Positions 43,542 through 52,107 of a stretch of 64,000 nucleotides of DNA are shown piece by piece. How positions within the stretch are numbered: the first letter of the stretch is position 1; every line of letters begins with the position of its first letter. This stretch comes from a virus. Its lineage: Duplodnaviria; Caudoviricetes. Where the stretch lies: positions 1-64,000 of the IMG/VR virus record IMGVR_UViG_3300014205_000200. The stretch is one strand, 5' to 3'. The position numbers were made by a program, and so were the translations under genes. The notes under the pieces are model-generated. The model did no database searches. It was not told the origin of the DNA and was given only the letters and a program-made list of their open reading frames with translations.

Positions 43542-44537
43542 ATGACGGAACCCCGCTTCCATACGCTCACCCGCGAAGGCATCACGGTCAAGGTCGTGGC
43601 CGACAACCGGAACCCGGCCGGCAGTCGGCTGACGACGCTGGCCTGCACCTATCCGCGCTTCATCCACTCAGAGGTGATGACCCACCGGGTCTTCAGCCGG
43701 AATGCCGCCAGCTCGCGTGCGATCCCGACCCGGGCCCTTCAGGACCGGGTCTGGAAGGACCCGGCCGCCCCGGTCTTCTGGGGCGCCGAGCAGAAGGGGA
43801 TGCAGGCCGAAGGCGAGCTGTCGGACGAGGAGGCGGATCGCCGGTCGGTCATGAACCGCGACGGCGGGTATGAGGACCTTACGCCTCGTCAGTACGCGCA
43901 GCAGCGGTGGTCGACCGCCCGGTTGGATATGCTGCGGGCCGCCCGTGAGCTGAGCGACCTAGGGAGCGCCCACCCGGATTGGAAGGGGGTCGGGCTCCAC
44001 AAGCAGCTGGCCAACCGGCTGATCGAACCCTGGATGTCGATCACGACCCTCATCACGGCGACCCACTGGCGGGGCTTCCTTCACCAACGGGCCCACCCGG
44101 CGGCGATGCCGGAGTTCCGCGTCCTGGCCGAGTTGATCGGGGAGGTGCTCGAGACCCGGGCGCCGGTTCAGCTCCGGTTTGGTGAGTGGCACTTGCCGTT
44201 CGTCCTCGATGCCGAGAAGGCGAACGACGTCCCGGAAGGCGCGGCCGGCTTCCGCCACCCGCTGGTGCGGATCTCCACCGGCCGGTGTGCTCGGGTCAGC
44301 TACCTGAACCACGAAGGCGTCAGCCGGCCGGACGAGGACCGGGCGCTGGCCGATCGGTTGGAGCACGCCGATCGACCGGAAGAGCCCGGGCACTGGAGCC
44401 CGTTCGAGCACCAGGCCACCGCGCTGAGCCCGTTCGGCGCGGTGCCGAACCCGACCGCCCGGTCGCTCCACGGCAATTTCCATCCGAGTTGGATCCAGCA
44501 CCGGAAGCTCTTCGAGCGCGAGAACCAGGAGGGGTGA
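43542..44537 (+). CDS. thyX: FAD-dependent thymidylate synthase (ThyX-like)
   Basis: PRFIHSEVMTHRVFSRNAASSRAIP, HKQLANRLIEPW, RCARVSY, HWSPFEHQA. Confidence 0.85.
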   Translation: MTEPRFHTLTREGITVKVVADNRNPAGSRLTTLACTYPRFIHSEVMTHRVFSRNAASSRAIPTRALQDRVWKDPAAPVFWGAEQKGMQAEGELSDEEADRRSVMNRDGGYEDLTPRQYAQQRWSTARLDMLRAARELSDLGSAHPDWKGVGLHKQLANRLIEPWMSITTLITATHWRGFLHQRAHPAAMPEFRVLAELIGEVLETRAPVQLRFGEWHLPFVLDAEKANDVPEGAAGFRHPLVRISTGRCARVSYLNHEGVSRPDEDRALADRLEHADRPEEPGHWSPFEHQATALSPFGAVPNPTARSLHGNFHPSWIQHRKLFERENQEG

Positions 44538-44623
44538 TGGGGCGATCGCGATCTTGGTGAAGCTATGCCGGGAGGTGAGGCGATGAAAGACTGGTACGAC
44601 AACACGCCGGATCGGGGGCCGCA

Positions 44624-44857
44624 ATGAAGGAGTTGTACTGGCACTGCCTTGAGTGCGGAGCCAACGATCCCGTCGAGCCCACGGGCGGCACGGAAGAGTA
44701 CGTGCTGGGCGACCACGAGCCGTGCATCACATGCGGCACTGGGACCGCGCACGTGATGACGATCCGTCTCGGCGCGGCCTATGAGCAAGGGCGCGCGCTC
44801 GGCATGAGCATCAGAGATGCGTGGGCGCGCGCCCGGCAGATGGTGGTGCGAGCATGA
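44624..44857 (+). CDS. small zinc-ribbon protein
   Basis: HCLECG...CITCG. Confidence 0.5.
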   Translation: MKELYWHCLECGANDPVEPTGGTEEYVLGDHEPCITCGTGTAHVMTIRLGAAYEQGRALGMSIRDAWARARQMVVRA

Positions 44858-45183
44858 AACGCGAAGAGCTTCGTGACCCGATCGATCGGTTGTTGGCCTG
44901 GTTCTATCGCCGGCAGATCGAGGCCGGAGAGGTGACGTTGATGTTCTCCGGGGATCTTCGGCAGCTCGTCGGGATGGCGTTGGACCTGACGACGATGCCG
45001 GAGGACGGCCCGGCCCGCCCCGGGCGGGAGGTCACCACCCGATGGTTGATCGTCGGGGCCGTTCCGGCATCCTCGAAGGTCGAGCTGGAGTCGATCCCGA
45101 AGTGGCGAGGCCGCTACTGGCGGCTCCGGTGGGCGGTTCGGCAGCGGTGGGCCGATGCCCGGGCCCGGTTCGCTCGTGAGTGA
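44854..45183 (+). CDS. hypothetical protein
   Basis: ATGA overlap. Confidence 0.45.
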   Translation: MKREELRDPIDRLLAWFYRRQIEAGEVTLMFSGDLRQLVGMALDLTTMPEDGPARPGREVTTRWLIVGAVPASSKVELESIPKWRGRYWRLRWAVRQRWADARARFARE

Positions 45184-45574
45184 GACGGCGCTCGACTGGT
45201 TCCGGCTCAGCCCCAGCAACCCGGCTTTCGTTCGCGTCGACCCCGCCACCGGCCGGCTGGTCGGGCGGGCGGACGAACGCGAACAGGCCGCCTACCTCGC
45301 CCAACCGGCCCGCCATCCGGCGTTCCGCCAGCCGGTTCGGGTCGGGGCTTTCTTGATCGACCTCGCCACCGGCCCGGGCGCCTGGCTGGGGGGTGCCGGG
45401 TTCTAGGCCCGGTCCGCGGCTGGAGGCAAGGCTCCGCCCGGGGCTGCAGGTCGTCTCGGGGGATCCGGGTTGCCCGCTTGGGGCCCGGCCGGGCGCCGGA
45501 CAGGGTGGGACCGCTGAGGAGCCGGGCCCGGGGTCCCTGAGGCTGGCGAACCGGCGGGCCGCCCGGCCGGGTAG

Positions 45575-45659
45575 CCCAACCCCGAGTAGCCCTCCGGTTT
45601 TGACGATTGGTACGATTTCGGTTTTACGGAAACGATTTCGGCGCTATGCTCTCTTTATG
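45575..45659 (+). promoter_or_regulatory. repeated promoter module 1 (TTTACG-17-TATGCT, leaderless ATG)
   Basis: CCCAACCCCGAG...TCCGGTTTTGACGATTGGTACGATTTCGGTTTTACGGAAACGATTTCGGCGCTATGCTCTCTTTATG. Confidence 0.85.
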
Positions 45660-45911
45660 AACCGAACGCTGCACCTCGAAGGCTACGAACCGAATTTCGC
45701 CGGGCTCGACTCCTGGGCGTTTCACACGCGGAAGGCCGAGAACGCTCGAATCGAGATCGCCCACTTCAAGGGCCGGCTCGAGGAAGAGTACGCCAACCAG
45801 CGGGCCCGGGTGCCGGGGGCCGGCCGGATGATCCAGCTGGTGCTGCTGAAGCTGGCCAGCGCGCACGAGGCGGCGGCCGATGCCGAGGAGGCGCTGGCTT
45901 GGTTGAGCTAG
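45657..45911 (+). CDS. early-type hypothetical protein
   Basis: Starts 6 nt after TATGCT of module 1. Confidence 0.6.
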   Translation: MNRTLHLEGYEPNFAGLDSWAFHTRKAENARIEIAHFKGRLEEEYANQRARVPGAGRMIQLVLLKLASAHEAAADAEEALAWLS

Positions 45912-45914
45912 GCC

Positions 45915-45930
45915 GAGAACGCGCGTTCTC
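45915..45930. repeat. 16-bp palindrome copy 10 (intergenic)
   Basis: Exact. Confidence 0.95.
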
Positions 45931-46006
45931 GGGGGAGGGGTGAGCCTCTCCCCCGGGGGCCGAGTGGGGCGAGTGAGCCTCAGAGGAAGAGGGGAAGGAA
46001 CGACAA

Positions 46007-46411
46007 ATGAGCGGAGGAGATTTGCTTCACGTCTACACCACCACCCGGCCGGACGGCTCCGAGAGCGCCCACACGGCGGTCTTCCAAGAGCCCGACGACA
46101 CGATCAAGGTCTACACCTCGTCCGGTCCGGTGATCGTCATCCGACCCGACGGCCCGGTGGTTCAGATCCTGAGGGACGCCGGCCTGGCGGCGGAGCCGGT
46201 CCTGAACGCCTCCGCCCGGCGGGCGGCCGAACGGACCCAGGCCCGGCGGTCAACCGGGCTGGTCGCCCGGGAGGCGCTGTCGGCCCGGCTGGTCGAGCGC
46301 GGGGTCGACACCTTCGAGGCGTCGCTCGATGAGCGCGGGTGGGTGGTGGTGGCGCTTTCGCCTGCGGAGGCTGGCCGGCTGGGCGACCTGCTGGGGAGGG
46401 AGGATCGATGA
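46007..46411 (+). CDS. hypothetical protein
   Basis: 134 aa; AG-rich upstream. Confidence 0.55.
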   Translation: MSGGDLLHVYTTTRPDGSESAHTAVFQEPDDTIKVYTSSGPVIVIRPDGPVVQILRDAGLAAEPVLNASARRAAERTQARRSTGLVAREALSARLVERGVDTFEASLDERGWVVVALSPAEAGRLGDLLGREDR

Positions 46412-46731
46412 ATACCGAAATCGAGATCGGTGCCACCCCGTACGACGAGCCGTGTGCCCAGGTGGGGGAGCCGGGCTACGAGGAGCGGGCCCGGGCCGAG
46501 TGCCGGGTGTTCATCCGGCAGATCCGTCGGGCGATCGGGCCCGAACCGGCGGGCGCCCGGTTGGTAGTGCGCTCGCATTCGCACGACTTCGGCCTCTACC
46601 AGGAGGTCGGGCTTCGGTTCGACGACGATGACGAGGCCCAGGCGCGGTACGCCGCCAAGCTGGAGGACAGCGTCCCAGACCGGTGGGACGAGACCGCCCG
46701 GATCGAGCTGGGCTTGGAGGTGGGCGCGTGA
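46408..46731 (+). CDS. conserved hypothetical protein
   Basis: IGATPYDEPCAQVG...RAECRVFIRQ...HDFGLYQEV. Confidence 0.6.
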   Translation: MNTEIEIGATPYDEPCAQVGEPGYEERARAECRVFIRQIRRAIGPEPAGARLVVRSHSHDFGLYQEVGLRFDDDDEAQARYAAKLEDSVPDRWDETARIELGLEVGA

Positions 46732-46861
46732 AGGCCAAACTACGGTGGGGCCCGGCCCTCCTGCTGTGCCCAGTCGCCGTCTTGGCGTTCGCTTGCCAGT
46801 ACGGCCCGGTCGTCAACCAGGCGATCATCCTTTTACGAGCCCTGTTGAACGGGAGGTAGCG

Positions 46862-47293
46862 ATGAAGACGTACGGGTACAACGGGCTGGCGGGGTGCGTG
46901 GCGCAGGTGAAGAACCGGGAGACCGGCCGGCTGGTGGGCCTTTACCGTAACGACCAGGCCGATCTCGACGACGATGACGGTGCGTGGTCGACCGTCTGCG
47001 AGCCGCACGGGATGCTGGTCAACCACGCGACGCTCGCGCTCGCCAGGAGCCACCTGGCGGCCCCGGGCGATTGGTGTGAGGACTGTGCCGCGCTCGCTCG
47101 CGATGGACAGGTGGCGGACGGGACGGTGTCGGTCACGTCGACCGCGCCCGAGAAGGCTCTTGAGTTCTGCCGGACGCGGCTCGGGATCTCGCCGGCCCGG
47201 ATCGGGCGCCTGACGGACGCCGGCCCGGTGTCGCTCCCCGGCTTTCCGCCCGGCACCCGCCGGTTCGTCATCAGCCTGGTCGAGCGCGCCTGA
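46862..47293 (+). CDS. hypothetical protein
   Basis: GGAGG upstream; W.TVCEPHG...WCEDC. Confidence 0.55.
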   Translation: MKTYGYNGLAGCVAQVKNRETGRLVGLYRNDQADLDDDDGAWSTVCEPHGMLVNHATLALARSHLAAPGDWCEDCAALARDGQVADGTVSVTSTAPEKALEFCRTRLGISPARIGRLTDAGPVSLPGFPPGTRRFVISLVERA

Positions 47294-47299
47294 GGACCG

Positions 47300-47374
47300 C
47301 AACCCCGGGCCACCCTCCGGCTTCTACGATTGGTACGATTTCGGTTTTACGGCCTCCGACTTCGGAGGTATGAT
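47300..47374 (+). promoter_or_regulatory. repeated promoter module 2 (variant; TTTACG-17-TATGAT, no ATG at +6)
   Basis: Same 5' part as module 1; spacer replaced by inverted repeat CCTCCG-actt-CGGAGG. Confidence 0.7.
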
Positions 47375-47457
47375 GGGGGGTCAGGTTGGTTCCCGTTCGT
47401 CGCCAGGCGGCCCGGCTCGCCCGGGCGGATCCGGGCCCGGGCGGTCGCCCCCCGGGT

Positions 47458-47542
47458 CCCAACCCCGAGCAGCGCTCCGGCTTCGACGATCGTTACGATT
47501 TCGGCTTTACGAGAACCATTTCGGCGCTATGCTCTCTTTATG
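47458..47542 (+). promoter_or_regulatory. repeated promoter module 3
   Basis: Near-identical to module 1 with several substitutions. Confidence 0.85.
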
Positions 47543-47722
47543 AAGAACGAAGTGCGAGTCGAGACGGTTCGAATCATCCTCACCGAGGAGCAGAAGAAGG
47601 CGATTGCCTTCGGCGAGGACGTCATCCTGGCCTACTGGAAGACGGTCAACACGGCCAAGGGTCGCCGGATGGTCAAGAGCGTCGAGAAGAAGCTCTACTA
47701 CATGCGGCTCGGGCTGGCCTAA
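47540..47722 (+). CDS. early-type hypothetical protein
   Basis: Starts at the module 3 ATG. Confidence 0.6.
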   Translation: MKNEVRVETVRIILTEEQKKAIAFGEDVILAYWKTVNTAKGRRMVKSVEKKLYYMRLGLA

Positions 47723-47811
47723 GGCCCGGGCCTCGGGCCCCCCTCGGGGGGCCGGTTCGCCCCGCCTGGGTCCCGTTGGGACGCCGGGTTGTGGCGGTCC
47801 GTGGTCGGGCC

Positions 47812-47825
47812 GATAGCATGCTATC
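47812..47825. promoter_or_regulatory. 14-bp palindrome GATAGCATGCTATC (partial copy GCAGCATGCTATC near 48916-48928)
   Basis: Read directly; upstream of modules 4 and 5. Confidence 0.4.
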
Positions 47826-47871
47826 CGATCCGGGCCGGCCGGTTGGGGGACCTTGGGGGAGGCCGTTCCTA

Positions 47872-47954
47872 CAACCCCGAGCGACCCTCCGGCTTTGACG
47901 ATTGGTACGATTTCGGTTTTACGGAAACGATTTCGGCGCTATGCTCTCTTTATG
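47872..47954 (+). promoter_or_regulatory. repeated promoter module 4
   Basis: Near-identical to module 1. Confidence 0.85.
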
Positions 47955-48203
47955 AAGAGCAAGTGGGGCAACGAGAAGCGAGAGCGAGAGAACGGCCGGT
48001 TCGCGGTGTCGGAGGCGTGCGACTGCTGTGGCAAGGGGACCGGTCGGGATTACTGCACCGACGATGAGGTCTGCGGTGGCACGGACGGCCCGGGGTTCTT
48101 TCTCTGTGCCCGGGCACGGTGCCGGGCGAAGGTTGAGGGCCTGGGGGTCGAGGAGCGGCGGGTGCTCTACACGGCCCAGCGGGCGGCGAACCGGGCCCGC
48201 TAG
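47952..48203 (+). CDS. early-type Cys-rich protein
   Basis: CDCCGK...CTDDEVCGGTDGPGFFLC; starts at the module 4 ATG. Confidence 0.6.
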   Translation: MKSKWGNEKRERENGRFAVSEACDCCGKGTGRDYCTDDEVCGGTDGPGFFLCARARCRAKVEGLGVEERRVLYTAQRAANRAR

Positions 48204-48250
48204 GCCCAGACGACGGAACCGGGCCCGCTAGGGCCCAGAAGGAGAACGAG

Positions 48251-48583
48251 ATGAACGAGACCGCCAAGACTGAGGCCTACGGCTACGAGATCCTGTACCG
48301 GGGCCAGTGGGTCATGGACGCCGGTCCCCGGGCGGCGGACGCCTACCGGCTGGCGCTCCAGCTCAGCGCCCACTACGCCCACCCGGGTCTGGTGACCCTT
48401 GTCCGCATGTGGGCCACCACCCGGCCGGGCGAGCGCGCGGTCTGGATCCAGCGCCCGGTGGCGCTCTTCGTGGCCGGTCGCCAGCAGACCGGCGACCGCA
48501 GCTGGCAGTCCTTCCGGACGCCGGCCCCCGCCCCCGCCCCCCTGTCGGCCCGGTGCTTCTGGGCGGAAGTGAGGTGCTCGTGA
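48251..48583 (+). CDS. hypothetical protein
   Basis: GGAG upstream. Confidence 0.45.
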   Translation: MNETAKTEAYGYEILYRGQWVMDAGPRAADAYRLALQLSAHYAHPGLVTLVRMWATTRPGERAVWIQRPVALFVAGRQQTGDRSWQSFRTPAPAPAPLSARCFWAEVRCS

Positions 48584-48885
48584 TCCGCCCGCTCGACCTG
48601 AGCCCCCGGGGGTTCCTTCCCGTCCGCCCGATCTCGCCGGCCGAGACCGACCCGCTGCGGGCGGTCCAGCATGGCGCCAGCTGGTGCCCGCCCGAATTCC
48701 AGGCTGACCTTGGGCGTGCTCTGGCGGAGGCCAGCCGGGTCGCCGGCTTGCTCCGGACCCACCGGGAGGCCGACCGGGTTCTGGCCTGGCTGGGGCATGA
48801 GGGCTACGGCCCGCTGACCAGCAAACGGCTGACCGTCGAGTGCCTGCTGGTGGAGGCCTGGTTCCCCCACCGGATCGTCCGCTAG
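48580..48885 (+). CDS. hypothetical protein
   Basis: GTGA overlap. Confidence 0.4.
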   Translation: MIRPLDLSPRGFLPVRPISPAETDPLRAVQHGASWCPPEFQADLGRALAEASRVAGLLRTHREADRVLAWLGHEGYGPLTSKRLTVECLLVEAWFPHRIVR

Positions 48886-48963
48886 CGGTCCCGGGCGGTC
48901 CGCCGGGCCCGGTCGGCAGCATGCTATCGGGGGCGGTGGGCCGACGCCGTGGGACCGCCGGGT

Positions 48964-49048
48964 CCCAACCCCGAGCGACCCTCCGGTTTTGACGATTGGT
49001 ACGATTTCGGTTTTACGGAAACGATTTCGGCGCTATGCTCTCTTTATG
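48964..49048 (+). promoter_or_regulatory. repeated promoter module 5
   Basis: Near-identical to module 1. Confidence 0.85.
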
Positions 49049-49324
49049 AAGAACGAAGTGGTCAGCGAGGCGGTAAAGGTGTGCAGCGAGGCGGTTCGGG
49101 CGATTGACGCCCTCCGCGCCAGTGAGCGGTTCACCCCGTTCGCGGGTTGGTACCGGGGCGACCACGCGAAGGCCCGGACGGCGGTCCGCCGGGCGGTCGA
49201 GGCGGTCGAGGCGATCGCCAGCTCGGAGGAGGAGAAGGAGCTGTGCCGCCTCTTCCTGGCGGCTCTTCGGAAGAAGGCTCCGCTCCCCGGTGAGCTTCGG
49301 GCCGCGCTCGTGAGGGAGGTCTAA
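49046..49324 (+). CDS. early-type hypothetical protein
   Basis: Starts at the module 5 ATG; first codons MKNEV are the same as in the module 3 gene. Confidence 0.6.
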   Translation: MKNEVVSEAVKVCSEAVRAIDALRASERFTPFAGWYRGDHAKARTAVRRAVEAVEAIASSEEEKELCRLFLAALRKKAPLPGELRAALVREV

Positions 49325-49498
49325 GATGCGGTACGTGATTGTCGACGGACAGGTTCTCCCGGTCGGGACCCCTGAGGAGCACCGGGCCGCCCGACTGGCG
49401 GTTGAGGCGGCCGGGCTCTTCTCGGCGGAGGTTTACGAGGGACCGGTGGCGACGGGCCTCCGGGTGTTTTGCTTGGCCCGAGTGGCCGGAGGTGCGTG

Positions 49499-49897
49499 GT
49501 GAACGACTACATCGGTCGAAAGAAGGAGTGCGTGATGATGGAACAGTGGAAGGCCCGGTTGTTGGCCGAGATCGATAAGGAGAGCAACGAGCTGTCGAGG
49601 CTGAACGCTCGGCACGGCCTAGAGGGGTGGCTGAATTCTTTCTGGCTCTTCGAGGAAGCCGTCGTCTGCGAGACGAAGGTGGAGCACTACAAGGCCTTGT
49701 TGCTCGCCCTCAACAAGGGTCGGATCTCGAAGAGGGAGGATTTGGCCGACTACTTGGAGCGCCTCGTCGAGCAGATGCTCGAGTGGCTTCCCGTGCGGTC
49801 TACCGACCCGGTGGCGGTCGCGATTGACGTCTATCGCCACAAGGGTCGTGAACGGTTCGTTCAGTTCATCCGCGTCTTGCTGAAGGAGGAGAGCTGA
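49499..49897 (+). CDS. helical hypothetical protein
   Basis: GGAGG upstream of GTG. Confidence 0.5.
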   Translation: MNDYIGRKKECVMMEQWKARLLAEIDKESNELSRLNARHGLEGWLNSFWLFEEAVVCETKVEHYKALLLALNKGRISKREDLADYLERLVEQMLEWLPVRSTDPVAVAIDVYRHKGRERFVQFIRVLLKEES

Positions 49898-50202
49898 TGG
49901 ACTGTCCGGAGTGCGGGGGCGCTGGCCAGCGATGCGTGAAGCTCCTCGGCGCCACCGATCCGGTTGATGGCCCGGTCGACTGTGGGCGGTGTGGCGGAAC
50001 CGGCCAGCTGAGTACGCGCGTTCTCGCCGATCCGTTCTCCGTCCAACCGATGCCGGGCCAACCGGCCTACACGCTCGAGGAGGCCGCCCGGGTGTCGGCT
50101 CTGGTGGAGTCGGCGGCGGAGGCGTCCGACCGCTACGGCGACGACGAGCTAGAGTACTGGGCGAGTCAGATGCGGCCCAGGCCGCGGAGGAGGGGATCGT
50201 GA
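49897..50202 (+). CDS. DnaJ-type CxxCxGxG zinc-finger protein
   Basis: CPECGGAG...CGRCGGTG. Confidence 0.6.
   Translation: MDCPECGGAGQRCVKLLGATDPVDGPVDCGRCGGTGQLSTRVLADPFSVQPMPGQPAYTLEEAARVSALVESAAEASDRYGDDELEYWASQMRPRPRRRGS
50010..50025. repeat. 16-bp palindrome copy 11 (15/16, coding)
   Basis: GAGTACGCGCGTTCTC. Confidence 0.8.
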
Positions 50203-51056
50203 GATCGAGAGATGTGGTCGACGCCTTGATGTTCTGCTTGATGCTCGCCGGATGCGCGCTCGCGATGACGATGATCGGGTGCGCCGAACCGGCCCTGGTG
50301 GTCGGGACCTTCAACGTCCGGTACGACACCGAGCAGGACGGCCCCGACGCTTGGTCGGCCGGCCGGCGACACCGGGTCGAGCTGGCGATCCGGGCGCTCG
50401 ACCCCGACGTGATGGCGATCCAGGAGCTGCTGCCTCGCCAGCTCGAGGAGCTGCGGGCCGATCTGGCGGACGGCTGGCTGCTTGAGTCGGCCGACGCGGG
50501 CGGTTCGCCCCAGAGCAACGCGATCCTCTACCGGGGCGCCCGACTTCGGCTGACCGGTGTCGAGCGTCGGTGGCTGGGCCCCGACCCGACCATCCCGGGA
50601 AGCCGGTGGGGCGACGCCTACCCGCGGGTCGCTCTCCGGGCCTCGCTGGTCGACCGGCTGACCGGCGAGGCGTTCCGCTTCACCGCGACCCACACGAACG
50701 GCGGAGGGCCGGCCGGCCGGGCTGAGTGGGACCAGCTGATGAAAGAGTTCGCCCCCCAGCCGGGCGACATCCTGGGGGGCGACTTCAATGAGCTGTGGGG
50801 GCCGAACGTTTGGGGCCTCGCCCCTGGGGGCCCTCGGGCGCGTGAGGCCGGCTGGGACGACCTGGTGGGGCCGGCGACCGCACCTCCGGCCGGCTGGTCG
50901 GGCGGGCCGCCCGGTGCCGCCTGGGATCCGACCGGCCGAGTCGACTGGCTGGTGGGTGCCGGGTTCGAGGTCCTGTCTTCGACGGTGGCGCCGATCCGGG
51001 TCGACGGCCGGGCGTGTTCGGACCACTGGCCCGTGACTGCGACGGTGGTCCGATGA
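50199..51056 (+). CDS. endonuclease/exonuclease/phosphatase (EEP) family protein with putative lipoprotein signal
   Basis: TFNVRYD, DVMAIQE, THT, GGDFN, RVDWL, SDHWPV; N-terminal hydrophobic stretch ending LAGC. Confidence 0.85.
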   Translation: MRSRDVVDALMFCLMLAGCALAMTMIGCAEPALVVGTFNVRYDTEQDGPDAWSAGRRHRVELAIRALDPDVMAIQELLPRQLEELRADLADGWLLESADAGGSPQSNAILYRGARLRLTGVERRWLGPDPTIPGSRWGDAYPRVALRASLVDRLTGEAFRFTATHTNGGGPAGRAEWDQLMKEFAPQPGDILGGDFNELWGPNVWGLAPGGPRAREAGWDDLVGPATAPPAGWSGGPPGAAWDPTGRVDWLVGAGFEVLSSTVAPIRVDGRACSDHWPVTATVVR

Positions 51057-51436
51057 TCGCCGAGGACGTGCGGGGGTTCTTGCGACGGAATCGGGGCGAG
51101 TGGTCGACGACCGAATTGTGGGCCGAGTTCGACTTCAGGGTCTCGAGGGACGGGCTCTGCGATTCCCTGGCGAGGTTGGAGCGGGCCGGCCTGGTCGCCC
51201 GGCAACTCAGCCCGGGTGGCAAACATCCCTACCGATGGTCCTCGACCGAAGCCGACACCCGGCCGCCGCTTACGCACGATCTCCATCCAGCGGACGGTCG
51301 CACGCGGGAGCAGGTGTGGGATTCGATCCAGCGTTTTTGCGACCGTCTCCGGGCCGCTACTGGCGTGGTCGATGTTCGTGAGGGGAAGATGGCGTCGGAT
51401 GAAGACAAGCCTGAGCGTAGAGGGGCCGACGGTTGA
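51053..51436 (+). CDS. winged-helix protein
   Basis: WSTTELWAEF...LCDSLARLERAGLVAR...YRW. Confidence 0.55.
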   Translation: MIAEDVRGFLRRNRGEWSTTELWAEFDFRVSRDGLCDSLARLERAGLVARQLSPGGKHPYRWSSTEADTRPPLTHDLHPADGRTREQVWDSIQRFCDRLRAATGVVDVREGKMASDEDKPERRGADG

Positions 51437-51812
51437 AGACGGCCCGGTAGAGATCGTGGGGGTCAGCCGAGGGTCGTGGACGATCGTCCCGCACCAACCC
51501 GAGCCTGACCCCTACGCTGAGTTGCTGCGACTCGTAGACGATCCGGATCTGGTCGCACTCGCCCCTGAGTTGACGCCGGCCGATCGGGCCCGGTTCCTGT
51601 TGTCCGGGATCCGGCAGGCCGCCCGGGGCGGTCCGAAGCGAGTTCCCCACCCGGGTGCGGTGCCGATCGTCGAGGCGGCCCGCCGGTTCGTCGAGACGAT
51701 CAACCGGATCAAGCCACCACTCGAGACGATGAAGTCCCTTCAAGACGAACCGGTCGACCCCGCCAGCTGGTCGGAGCTGGCGAAGCTGGCGAAAAATGAG
51801 GAGCCCGAATGA
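51399..51812 (+). CDS. hypothetical protein
   Basis: GAAGAT-N8-ATG. Confidence 0.45.
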   Translation: MKTSLSVEGPTVEDGPVEIVGVSRGSWTIVPHQPEPDPYAELLRLVDDPDLVALAPELTPADRARFLLSGIRQAARGGPKRVPHPGAVPIVEAARRFVETINRIKPPLETMKSLQDEPVDPASWSELAKLAKNEEPE

Positions 51813-52003
51813 CGCAAGCCGAGAAGTCCCAGCTGGCCCGAGAGATCTTCCTGATGCGGTTGGCGTCGCTTCCTCCGGGGGAAGGGCTCCAGCAGCACCG
51901 CCAGCAGATCGACGACGAGGCCGAGCTGGCCGCCTACGCGGTCGAGTCGTTGGCGATTTCGTTGGACGTCTACGGGGAGCGGTCGGATGCCGGCGGCGAG
52001 TGA
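51809..52003 (+). CDS. hypothetical protein
   Basis: ATGA overlap. Confidence 0.45.
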   Translation: MTQAEKSQLAREIFLMRLASLPPGEGLQQHRQQIDDEAELAAYAVESLAISLDVYGERSDAGGE

Positions 52004-52107
52004 TCTGTACCTGAGCTTCTGGATCTTCGCCTCGGGCTTTTCGGCCGGGATGGCGACCGTGGTGGGATTGCTTCTCTACGCTCTCTTCCGTACCAATATC
52101 GGAATCG

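Noticed and set aside
47375-47400. SRP (4.5S) or Y RNA identity suggested by GGTCAGG
   Set aside because: The rest of the SRP domain IV motif (CCGGAAGGAAGCAGC) is absent; similarity is too short
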